A DNA stretch of 64,000 bases, taken from the NCBI GenBank assembly GCA_001179505.1, contig CDMY01000130.1, forward strand, positions 1-64,000, given 5' to 3'. A program made the position numbers and the translations under genes. Positions 12,071 through 22,725 of the stretch are shown here, in pieces. Every line of letters starts with the position of its first letter. Position 1 is the stretch's first letter. The notes beneath the pieces are model-generated. The model made no database searches and was not told the DNA's origin. It worked only from the letters and a program-made list of their open reading frames with translations. This DNA comes from Vitrella brassicaformis CCMP3155 (Eukaryota; Protista; Chromerida).

Positions 12071-12188
12071 CAGAGCGAGGGATGAGGGCAAGGGGAGATG
12101 GGCAGGGGGGAAGGTTCGCGCAAGGAAGAGCCTCAAGTGGGGGCGAAGAGCGGAGAGGGAGAAGTGTGCTTTCTGGTTCTGTAATGAT

Positions 12189-12243
12189 CTCCGTTGCGGT
12201 GCTCTCCTCCGTTGCGGTCTCCCATTGCGGCGCTCCGTTGCGG
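12189..12243. promoter_or_regulatory. Cluster of CTCCGTTGCGG (AACGG-core) motifs in the divergent E/C promoter
   Basis: Exact copies at 12189, 12207 and 12233, plus the variant CTCCCATTGCGG at 12219. Confidence 0.5.
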
Positions 12244-12448
12244 GTAAAAGCCAAAAGCTCGCGTGTAAATGTAAATGTACGGATGTAAACGAGCGAAGTC
12301 AAATTGTGGCAAAATCGAGAGCTGGGGTCTTTGAAGAGCAAGTGACCCGGCGAACAAAGACCATCTGATTCTGTTGCATCTCTTTCGGCCTCAAAGACTG
12401 TTTTCCATATGGCAGGAGAGGCGATCCGCATGCGAATTCAAGAGAGAG

Positions 12449-12481
12449 GGTAACGGAAGGGAGTAACGGAAACCGGTAGCG
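12449..12481 (+). promoter_or_regulatory. Tandem GTAACGG...CCGGTAGCG motif ~140 nt upstream of gene C, conserved upstream of paralog D (31081-31118)
   Basis: ggtaacggaagggagtaacggaaaccggtagcg versus the reverse complement of 31081-31118, gcaacggaagcagtaacgggagcgggagccggtagcg. Confidence 0.55.
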
Positions 12482-14110
12482 CCTCCCCCATCCTCATCCT
12501 CCGTTCCTTCGTCCGGCACATTTCATCCAGGCGGCAGCTCCCCCTTCTCCCTCGCTGTGAATCTTTCTCTGCTCATCTCTTTCGCTCCTTCCTTCTAGCC
12601 GCCACCGTCCCCCACGACGATGTTTGCTCGCGTCCTTGGGCTCCTGTTCCTCGTGACTCTCACGGTCGGCGCCTCCTCCCCTCTACGCAAACTCGCACCC
12701 GAAGGTGCATATGATGGTGAGCCACGCCACGGTTGCACGCAGATCTGACGTGCCCTCACTATCCTCCTGGTCCTCTCTCTTGTCTTTCCCCAGGTGATTC
12801 CCCCGACGACGAACTCACCACCACTGAAGAGCCGTCTACCACCACTGAAGAGCCGCCCTATGTCCGAACCGCGGGAAAGCCGTCCATTCTGTCAGTGGTC
12901 ACTGAATGCGACCCGACTGACCTGGACTGCATGCCCCTGGCGCCCGGAGGTAAGCGAGCGAAGTCAATTGTGACCATCGAGAAATGGCTTTCTGTCTCTC
13001 CGCTTCTGTGTGCCGTCAGCCGTCCGTTTCATCTCCCCTACAATTCATGTCGCGCAGAACGATTCCAGCATCAGTAAGCAAGCGAAACACTGGCGTCGCG
13101 TGTGTTTCTCATTCTTCGCCGCCACACTCGCTTCCAGGTGAGGCAGGTGCTGCGCGTGTAATTTGCAACGACAGAGACTCAGCCTGCGCTTCGGTAGAGG
13201 GTACGTCATTCCAGAGATTATGTGGTCGCTTGTTGTTCACGCATTGGGTTTCTCTCACTCAGCCCAATTCAAGGCCCGGCAAGTCGCAATAGACAATCCT
13301 CTTAGTCCTGGGGAAGACATCTTTGTGGATCGCTGCAACATAGCAGGGAACTTATTCACTTGCAACAAACCTGCTGCCGACGTGAGAAAAACAAAGCAAG
13401 CGATTTGATGTATTGCGATGCGTTGTGTTTTCCCATTGACAGGAATACTGCAGACAAAAAGTAAAAAATTCCATCACGGCAATATCCTGGTCTGAGTCAA
13501 CTTGCTCAAGAACGTACCATCTCATCGGCGGTACCATCTGCACCTCTTTTCTCGGTTGCTGGTGCTTCGGCTCCATCGATTGCCAGACTGTCTGAACTTG
13601 CTGTCTGACTATGTATGGATGGATGTTCTGGCTGCTGTGGATGGGCTGGATGTGGGTGATCGGCTGACTTGTCACTTTTCCGGCCATGCTGGCCGCGCAC
13701 GAGCGCTCTCCCAGACATGCGAAGCGGGCATGTGTGAGAGGGTCCTCCTCGTGCGCCAGCTGACTGTCATTGACTTTGGATGCACACCTTGCACGCACAC
13801 ATGGACCCTGCGCGCGCCGTCCATTCGTGCGTCTCTGCCGAGTCTGCTTCTTTTGCGCGACGCACACCTGTCCGCCAGCAGCGCACAGGGTCGGGGGAGG
13901 GGGTCATCGCCCGCAGCTTGCCACCCCTCACTGTCTGTTTCTTGCTTTTCCCATGTGTATCTCCTGCCGTGTATGCCATATGTGGTGAGGCCGCGTGCTG
14001 TGTTTTGTGTGGGTGTCTGTCTGTCGGTCTGTCGGTCTGTCCGTCGTACTCGAAAAGGGAGGGACAGGCCGATCGACGAGCTGCCCACTGCACACATGCG
14101 TGGCTGACGC
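12450..14110. repeat. Arm 1 of an inverted segmental duplication (partner ~29065-31118)
   Basis: Long reverse-complement matches in the signal-peptide exon, introns and 3' flank, e.g. 13040-13100 vs ~30480-30560, 13370-13450 vs 30120-30200, 13600-13900 vs 29640-29990, 14010-14110 vs 29470-29570. Confidence 0.9.
12620..13595 (+). CDS. Secreted Cys-rich protein (gene C) with an acidic/Thr-rich linker
   Basis: MFARVLGLLFLVTLTVGASS-PLRKLAPE; about 6 exons; ...ECDPTDLDC...VICNDRDSAC...DRCN...FTCNKPAAD/EYCRQ...TCSR...ICTSFLGCWCFGSIDCQTV*. Exon/intron structure matches 29980-30939. Confidence 0.8.
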
Positions 14111-14689
14111 ACTCAAACTGTAGTGCGGACGCAGCCATGAATTACGCCATGTGTTGTGACACAAATTTGTGTTGCCTGCACAGTGTAAAAACACGGCTAG
14201 CTCACGTGTGGTACTTGAGATTCAGGGGCGTGGCATGGAAAGGATGGATGATGGTGTCTCGTCGGCGGGTCTCTCTTCTGGCGATTGATTGCATCGACCT
14301 GCTCTTCTACATCACACTGTTGATTGTGGGGATTGATTCATGGGGATTGCCCTGAGTGAACAAATACATGCCACCAGTGTACATCGTGAATACAGATGTC
14401 ATGAAGCCATGCAGCAGGCACGCACGCACGCACACACACGAGCTTTGCATCAATATGTGGACGTGCAGATATCAACACCAACCCATATGCAATCGCACAC
14501 ACACGCTGCACCAGGCTTGTTTGAAGCCCCTATTACTGTGCGTAAGGATTGATCGCTATACATGCACACCAAGCCATCCGCATCGCAAAATCGGCTGCGC
14601 GAATTCGCTCAGGCAAAAAGGGGTATGACGAGACAACACAGACAGGGAAAAGAATTCATCCATTGCAAGGGCACCCCTACTACCCTATC

Positions 14690-17600
14690 CTAGCCCCCCT
14701 CTGCTTGCGCCTGCCGTCCTGTTGCGGGCGGCAGGAAGGTGCTGCTCGCGACCATCGCACCCGGCTCCTCATCCAATGTGCTTCCACTGGTCGTCGTCTG
14801 CAGACAATGCGACGACCCATTCACTGTCGCCTCCTTGTCCACACCTCCAATGCTCAACGTCGCGTAGAACGGCGACGACCCGGGCTCCGCCACATCGACC
14901 GCGTCAACCGAGCCTTGCTGCTGTCCCTCCCTCTTGTGTTGCCGTCTGGCAAGCAGGGATGATGGCCCGACCGGCTCGGCGATGTCACGCCTCCCCGCAT
15001 CCACATGAAGAGACGACGGCACGCCTGTTGGCTCGTCGACGAGAGACACGTAGTCGTCGCTGTCTTGTTGGTCCTCCTGCACACTGCTGACGGGCGGAAG
15101 ATGGGTCTTCCGCTGTCTGCTGGGTCGTCTAGAATGGGTGAGCCATGGCGGCCACTCTGCTGCTGGGTGAGGCTTCTGCGCTCGGATGGGGGGGCTCCTG
15201 GCTGCTGCTGCTGCTGCCGTACTGTACGATGGGGGAAACTCCAGCTCAAACAGATTGAGGGAGTCCAGGGAAGGGCTCTGCATGTCGGCCTGCACCCATC
15301 CATCCATCCATCCACCGACACAATTATCATATCAGCGCACGTACAATTGCGCGTATGTGTCGTACCTGGTTGCTTTTCTGAGTGCCGAAGGGCATCCGCT
15401 CAGATAATGGGGGCGAGGGAACGGGCTCTGCCAAACCCACACAGACACCACACAAATGATGAACACCCTCTTCTGTGTTGTGATGCATGCATCCATCCAT
15501 CCATTCATCCGTGTTCCCTCCTCCCTCTCCACCTCACCTGTTCCCCTCCGCTTGCCCCCAACGCGCCGGGCCCCTCCCCCCTGCCCAAGGTGGGCAGACA
15601 GCTCACGCAGCCTAAGGTCCCACTGGGCGCTCTGCAGCGTCCTAGTTATGGCCTTCACAGAGCCCCCATGTGCCTCGCAGAACGGATTGGGCGTGTGATC
15701 GAGGTTCGGGTTGGTCTCTGAGCGCTTCAGGATGCCCCTTGGCGGCCGGGCAGAGAAAAATGATGGAGGGATGGGATGGGCGAAGAACGTCTGCCGTGTC
15801 TGCGGCTGGCGGGTGGTGTGGGTATGCGTGTCGTCGTTTGGGTTGTCGGGTGGCTGCCATGGGTGTGAGGGCAGGTAAGGGGAGCCGCCAGAGGGAGTGG
15901 CCGAACAGTGGGGGGAGGGAGAATCTAATGGACACCAGACACGCGAAGATCCCAACGTGTGATCGTGTCTGCGTACGTATGTCTTGTGTGTGCGTACTTT
16001 CTCCCCGGCGGCTGGGCGGCTTGTCGGCGTTCTTTGGCGACGACGGGGGAGTGGGCGTCAGCTCGACCGCTGGCGTGTCGGGGTCCTGGGGACGCATCAC
16101 ATGCATGCACCACACACATCCATCCATCTGTACCCATTTGCGCACTCTGTCTGTTTGTATGCGTACCGTCAGCAGCCGCCTGTGTGCCTTGATGATCCGC
16201 TGCTGGGGGCCGGGCGCCGGCACCGTCGTGCGGATCTGTGTGCGCACAGAGCGCATGTGGGGATTCATTCATCCGTCGATCGAAGTGCATGTTGCTGGGG
16301 ACTCACTGTGTGTTCCGTCATATCGATAACGTCCTGCTTTGTGCATATGTGGTTATCCAAGAACTTCCGACGCCTGACAACGCAGAAATGCATTACGGAT
16401 GGATGGATGGATAAACGGAAACGCCATACATTCAGATGGTGCAATATATCCCTCCGCTCACCACGGCTCCTTCAATCCGAGGTCGGCCAGGAACTCCTCC
16501 ACAAAGCAGTCCCCTGTAGTGGCCTCCCCATCCCTCTCCTCACACGACGTATGGCCCGTCTCGCCATTCACCGCTGCACATGCGCCCGCGTCCCCGCACC
16601 TCGCCGGCCCACCTGTGCCGTTCTCCGTCTTGACGTCTATTCTCGTCTCGTCGGATTGTTGCTCCTTGTCTCTGTCGAAGGACGACTGGCCCTCGTAGTA
16701 GAAGGACGTGCCGGGCGGGCCTGATATGCGAGTGGGGCGGGCGGGGCGCGGGGAGGGGGCGGGGAAGGCCTGGAAATCACCAAGGGGACATACACGGACA
16801 AAGAGAGAAAAATGGGGGGGGGGGGGGGGGCCNNNNNNNNNNNNNNNNNNNNNNNNNNNNNNNNNNNNNNNNNNNNNNNNNNNNNNNNNNNNNNNNNNNN
16901 NNNNNNNNNNNNNNNNNNNNNNNNNNNNNNNNNNNNNNNNNNNNNNNNNNNNNNNNNNNNNNNNNNNNNNNNNNNNNNNNNNNNNNNNNNNNNNNNNNNN
17001 NNNNNNNNNNNNNNNNNNNNNNNNNNNNNNNNNNNNNNNNNNNNNNNNNNNNNNNNNNNNNNNNNNNNNNNNNNNNNNNNNNNNNNNNNNNNNNNNNNNN
17101 NNNNNNNNNNNNNNNNNNNNNNNNNNNNNNNNGGGGGGGGGGCCCGGACCGTTCTGAGTAGGAACAGGATGATGAGCGTGACAATGATGAGCGAACAGAT
17201 GATGAACGTCCCGGTGTGGTTCTCTGACACAGCCACAGGCATACAACAGATGGATGCATGTGCACACGTGCTGTTGGTAGTTCGCATACTGAATACGAGC
17301 GAGAATCTGCAGTAGACGAGCACCGATGCGCAGAGCATCACCGAAATCGTCCCCGTGTAGAAGAGCTCTCGCGCCAACGTCGTGAGGCGCTTGCAGTGAC
17401 ACTGGCGAACACACCAGAAGGCACCACATCACATCACACGACAGCGCACAGAAGTGAGAAAACAAACGACTTGTTGGTTGCCTCCTTCCTAGCCCACCCT
17501 ACCCTGTAGAACTCCTCGAAGGTTGAGTGTCTCAGTCCGCATGGCCTGTAGATGATCTCTCGCTGGGCTATCACATACTTGCTCATGCGGCTTTGCACCG

Positions 17601-17835
17601 CCATCGCGAACCACACCTGTGGAGCATGGATGCACACTGACATTGCTGATGGTTGCCTGTGTGTCTCTTGCCTCCCTCACCGACCGATAGAAACAATGAG
17701 CAGAGGGCCGTGCTGAAAAAGATGGAGAATACGATGAGAATCCAGGTCTGGTCGGCATGCAGATCGGGATCGTTCTCGGGGATCAACTGCATGCCCTGCA
17801 CACATCAAAACGACATGTACAGCACTCACTCACAT

Positions 17836-17867
<32 letters not shown>

Positions 17868-18911
17868 ACGGATGGATGGATGGACGGATGGATGGATGGC
17901 CGGATGGATGGATGGATGTGGGCCTGTGAGTATTGACCTCGACTAGCAGTGAGAAGCAGCAGCCGAACATGAGAGTGTCCACAATCATGAGCGTGTTGGT
18001 CTTCTGCGTCCGCTGGGACAACATGTCACGCATCTCCTCACGACTGCATCCATCCCCACACAACCCAACGCACCCATACAGAGAGCAAAAGGCGATATGG
18101 GCCATCTGTACATATGCTCGCTGCGTTTCCTTTGTTTCGGCCATCGTACCGAGCGAACTCCCTGTCGATTGAGCGCGCCTCTCTATGCAGCACATGGGCA
18201 TGCTGCAGCGCATCTTTGTGCAGCTTGCGGCTCTGCAGCCATCCATACACACATTCACACCGAGGCATCCATCGGCCCGTATGCCGTCCATTCACCACTC
18301 GCCCCTCATTCGCCCACCTGTTCCAGCCCCATGCGCGTGATCTCCTCCGCATGCTCTAGGCTCTTGATGAACAGGTTCTGCGACTGGAGAATCGACTCCT
18401 GCAGTCACGTCAATACACAGGGAGGAAGGCCATTCAGACGCTCCGGTTGCTTGTGGCGAGTGGCTGTGCTGACCAGGTGCTGTTCCTGCGCCAGATGGAT
18501 CCCCTCTGTGTGCAGCTTCTCCCCTTGCTGCAGTGACTGTCGATGCAACTCCCTGAACACACGAGCGACTCACATCCATCAAATGAGATGACAAGCCTCG
18601 TCTGTCTTTCTGTCCTGTCTGTCCCACCTGGTGGCGAGCAGCTGCTGCTGATGCAGCCATTTCTCCCAGGCGAGTTCCCTCTCGTGTGCCGTCTTGGTGA
18701 CACCAATCTGCTCCTCGTGCTGTGCTTTCTCGAGCTCAATCTCCTCCCTGTGGAAGGCCCTGTCCTGTTCGATGCTCTCCTGATGCAGCCGCTGGTCCTG
18801 GATGATCTGCTCGCGGTGCAGGCGCTGGTCATGCACTATGGGCAGCACCGTGGGCACTAAAGGCGCCACATACTCGGACGCCAGCCGGATGTAGCTGAAT
18901 GGATTCGACAT
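14690..18911 (-). CDS. Orai/CRAC-like four-transmembrane protein with an N-terminal 11-mer His repeat and a long disordered C-tail (spans the gap)
   Basis: Spliced TM1 [23 protein letters not shown]2 [25 protein letters not shown], loop SRMSKY...[18 protein letters not shown]3 [24 protein letters not shown]4 [18 protein letters not shown]. The TM1 Glu and TM3 pattern resemble Orai (inference). The 3' exons are low complexity and approximate. Confidence 0.65.
16833..17131. other. Assembly gap (N run) flanked by G homopolymers
   Basis: Run of n bases with poly-G on both sides, inside an intron region of the Orai-like gene. Confidence 0.98.
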
Positions 18912-19303
18912 CGTGGCAATCGTGGCGCGCTGAGAGCAAGGCTGAGGGCGGCGGAAGGAGGGCTGCCTCAGTCCCTCCTGCTATTCGCTGAGGGCGTTAC
19001 TGCTTGACTGCAGCCGTCATCACTCGGAACGATCAAGTGAAGCTAAGACGACATCCTGCAGACCCTCGCGCCACCTCCGGGTTTTTCGCGTGACGTGTCG
19101 TCATCTGCGAGTGCGAGCTTAACGCTTTTCCCCTTGTTCTCTACGAGAGAGTGAAAGGAATCAGGCTCCCGGACGCCCTCAGGTACCAAGAAATAGAGCC
19201 ATGTGCCAAAGGAAATCGCTCATCGGTCTCGCTCATCTTTTTTTCTGGCAGGCGAATCTATGTGTGTTGAGGCGCATCAATGACAAGACAGCACCAGACA
19301 GCA

Positions 19304-20331
19304 ATGGCACCTCATCATGTGTTCCCCACCCTCTTCCCCTTGCACCAGCACGCCGCATACATATCTCTCATTTGCGTCGCCGTGCTGCTCAAAGACACCC
19401 AATGGATGGAGGAGAGGTGGCAAGCCATGAACGACAGGTTCAGCGAATGGGTTATTGTCTGCTTGGTCGGCAACTCGCTGGCCGTGGCCGTGTTCTGGGT
19501 GCACTCGCTCGTGTTGATGGCCGTTGCGTGGCTGCTGCCCCAGTGGACGGAGAGGCATCGCCTGCAGTCAGAGAAGCGCATGTCAAGGCGGGACTATGTT
19601 GTTGTAGCCACTGGGTGAGACGAGGGGAGAAACGAGGTCACGAGAGCTTGTGTATCCATTGATCTCTCTGCTCTGCTCTCATTGCAGAGTGCTGCTCAAC
19701 CAGTTCGTCTGGACGCTGCCTGTGTTGTGTGTCTACTTCCCACTATGGCGGCTTCGGGGCTGCAGGGTGCGCCTCCCCTTCCCGTCGTCTGTCAGCGTGT
19801 TGCGCGACCTTACTGTCTTCTCTATGTTTGAGGAGTTGCTATTCTACTGGACCCATCGCCTCCTGCACCATCCGCGATTGTACCGGCACATCCACAAGCA
19901 ACATCACGAGTACAGCGCACCTGAGGGCATATGTGCGGAGTACGCCCATCCTGTCGAACACGTACTGAACAATCTGCTGCCCATCCTGGCTGGACCGCTA
20001 GTTGCTGGTGAGCGACACCACAGGCAGATAGCAACACCGATGAATGTTGCAGATCTCAGTGCTGGTGGCGTGCGTGTCTTGTTGCTCTTTCTCAGGTACG
20101 CATGGGTTCACTTTGGCTCTGTGGATCGTGTTTGCCATCTTCACGACAGTGCACACGCACAGCGGCCTCTCGCTGACCGGCTTCCCGTGTGCATCGCACC
20201 ACGACTATCATCACCGATCCCTTTGCGGCTGCTATGGGGTCTTGGGTGTCCTCGACTGGCTCCATGGGACTGACAAGGGATACAAGAGGGAAATCGCAAG
20301 AGAGAAGGGAATTGTCGATGTTGATACGTGA
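19304..20331 (+). CDS. Fatty acid hydroxylase / sterol desaturase superfamily membrane enzyme (FAXDC2/C4-methyl oxidase-like)
   Basis: His boxes FYWTHRLLH, HIHKQHH, YAHPVEH, HTHSG and HHDYHH, and C-terminal YGVLGVLDWLHGTD; 3 exons. Confidence 0.92.
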
Positions 20332-20560
20332 GAGGACCCACGGATTCGTGTATGGCAGGTAAGTCAGTTTGTTGCCTGTAAAGTTTTTCCGTTGCTCTGT
20401 TGACAGTTTTTCGTCGTTGGACTGTTGATACGGGAATGCGATGGTTGTGAGTGACAACAGAACTGACATCGTAGAGTCACTCATGTACACTGATTAAAAA
20501 CTAGTCAAGAAACCGTGCAAGTGAAAGTCTGGCCACGCAGCGCAAGTCAACATCCGCAGA

Positions 20561-21439
20561 TCACTTGCCCTTTGCCCATGATATCTTCAGTTCGCACTCG
20601 GGCGTCACCTTGAAGCCATTCAGCCCGTGCATGGCGACCTCCGCCTGCATGACACCCAGACAGTCACCACCAGTTGGTTTTGTTTCTTCTTCTCCCATGT
20701 CAGTGCATAGCTGGTGTGCGGTCAAAATCACCTGCATCGACTCCTCGTAGTCCACAAACGCAACATGACGACCCTCAATCAATCGCGCCTGATGGAAACA
20801 CACGAAAGCCCCGTGCTAAGTGAGCGAACCTCTCTCTCTGTCTGCTTTGAGTGCGCACCTCGACAAATCCCGGGTATTGCCCAAACAGAGCATTGAGTGC
20901 CTCAACTGTGATCCTCTCCTCCAGGTTCTCCACAAATATCGTGTGCGGTGCGCCTGGAGCCGCCTGCGATGGCGGCGCGGCAGCCGCTGTGGGCTTCCTC
21001 TTGGCTTGCGCTTGCTGCTTGTCGGCTCCCTTGTCTTGGTCCTTGCGCTTCTTGGGCAGGTAGGTGCCTCTGTCCTTGAGCACGGCGTCGGACTGTGTCT
21101 TGGCGTACGCCAGCTTCAGCGGCTTCTCCAGGAAATCCTGACCCTGAACGAATGGAGCGGCCACAACACAGCGTGCCGGTGTGGATCGAGCAGACGTGTG
21201 CAGATGTCTGTCCGTCCTACCTGCAGGCTCCTGAGTGCCGTGGTGGCGCTCATGATGTCCCGAAAGACAATGAACGCCTGACCTCGCTTGGATGGCGTCT
21301 TCTGGGCTTGGATGTCGAGGATCTCGCCGAACTGGCTGAACAGCTCGAAGAGGTTGACTCGCATGTCAGGCAGCTTGGTCTTGTCGTTGAGGTTGCTCAC
21401 GTAGAGCGTCTGGTTGGGAGGAATGTCGCCTGCCAGCAT
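20561..21439 (-). CDS. SNRPB2: U2 snRNP B''/U1A-family protein with two RRMs
   Basis: DIPPNQTLYVSNLNDK...LFSQFGEILDI.AQKT..KRGQAFIVF...LAYAKTQSD, then a second RRM IFVENL...LFGQYPGFVE...GFKVTP..LKISWAK. The DIQAQKT loop is closer to U2B'' than U1A, but the split is not certain. Confidence 0.9.
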
Positions 21440-21615
21440 TGTCAGGAGGAAATTAAGACGGCGAATGAGATAGATGATCACAGAGGAAGGAGCGAGGCAA
21501 GGCAGATCAAAGCTTGTGCACGCTGCGGTTTCACGGTTTTCACGAGCTCAGAGGCTTGTACGGAATAAAGTGCAGCCGAAGTGAGTTACCTTCCTGGTCT
21601 CGGTATTCCAACACG

Positions 21616-22725
21616 ATGCTGACTTTGTTGATCCTTGGGCTGCTTTGCAAGGCACAGATGGCCTTCTCTGGAGCCGATCCTCGCCTCCGTACACGCTTTC
21701 TCACTTGGGGCGACAAGAGGCCGGCTTCTGGTGCGGTTGCCGCTCAGCAAATCGGCAATAACGTCATCCGGAGCGGCAACCAGACACTGTGGGAACCTGC
21801 GCCAGGTGATACCCAGACGTGCCCTCCAGCTTAGCGCTGCTTTTCTGTGGATTGTCCTCTGGTTGGTTTGTGCGTGCAGGACCTCAGAGGGAGCAGGACG
21901 ACTGCATCAAGAGCCAAGCTGGGACGTGCTGTGGGCTCGTCGTCGGGCAGTTCTTGATGGAAGGCGGCCAATCCCTAGCCATCGAAGTCGATCTGGTACA
22001 GACAGACGGAAAGGTTCCTCACCGCAGGAGTTGCTGTCAACACACGTATCTCCGCAGAACGACGCTGCCGACAAAAACGCCTCGAGGGTGATAATTGCTG
22101 CGGACACGGCAACAGGAGGTAGGTATGAGGAGGTAATGAACCGATAAAGACAGCCACACTGATGTGTGTCTCCGTGCTCTATTTCCCTTCCCCCACAGAG
22201 GCCGATATATTTGTCGATGTCGATGGGTCGGTGGAACTAGAAGCAAACGAGGATTGTTGACATTGTCTACCTACGTCTTCCCTCCCTCTCCTCGATCAAT
22301 TGTGTGCAGGGCCTTCTACGAGAGCTCCACCAATCCGACTGACGACTCTCGCAACTTTGAAGACTATGTCAGCGTGCCTGTGACGGAAGGTGACAGTCTT
22401 TCCGCAGACGTTGTGGCGATCGGCGGTCAGCCCGCTGACGTGGTGAGCGCGTGTGCCGCAGACAGTGCGAAAGACGCGACAAGCATTACAAAAGACTCAT
22501 GCAGCAAACGCCTCCGTGCCGTGCGTGTGGTTGTATTCATACCATGCAGTTCATATCTGTCTTTCCAGACGTTGACGGCTGCATCCCGGCGCCGGCCTGT
22601 CCGCCAGGGGCCCTCTTCTGTCTCGCTGGTGGGGGCGGATGGGATGGAGACAGAGATTTTGAAGAGCCGGACCGACGCACGCTGGGCGTCGACCGTCTTT
22701 GATCAATCGATCGACGTAGGAAGCT
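21616..22725 (+). CDS. Secreted protein with a PPC-like domain, paralogous to 6704-8378 (3' end uncertain)
   Basis: MLTLLILGLLCKAQMAFSG. Spliced ...RVIIAADTATGEADIFVDVDG...RNFEDYVSVPV aligns with WIVVAADSLEGDVDLHV...TFEDSVVIDV. Confidence 0.65.

Noticed and set aside
16812-17143. ORFs running through X residues and flanking poly-G
   Set aside because: Artefacts of the N gap; the G-runs are probably the cause of the assembly break.
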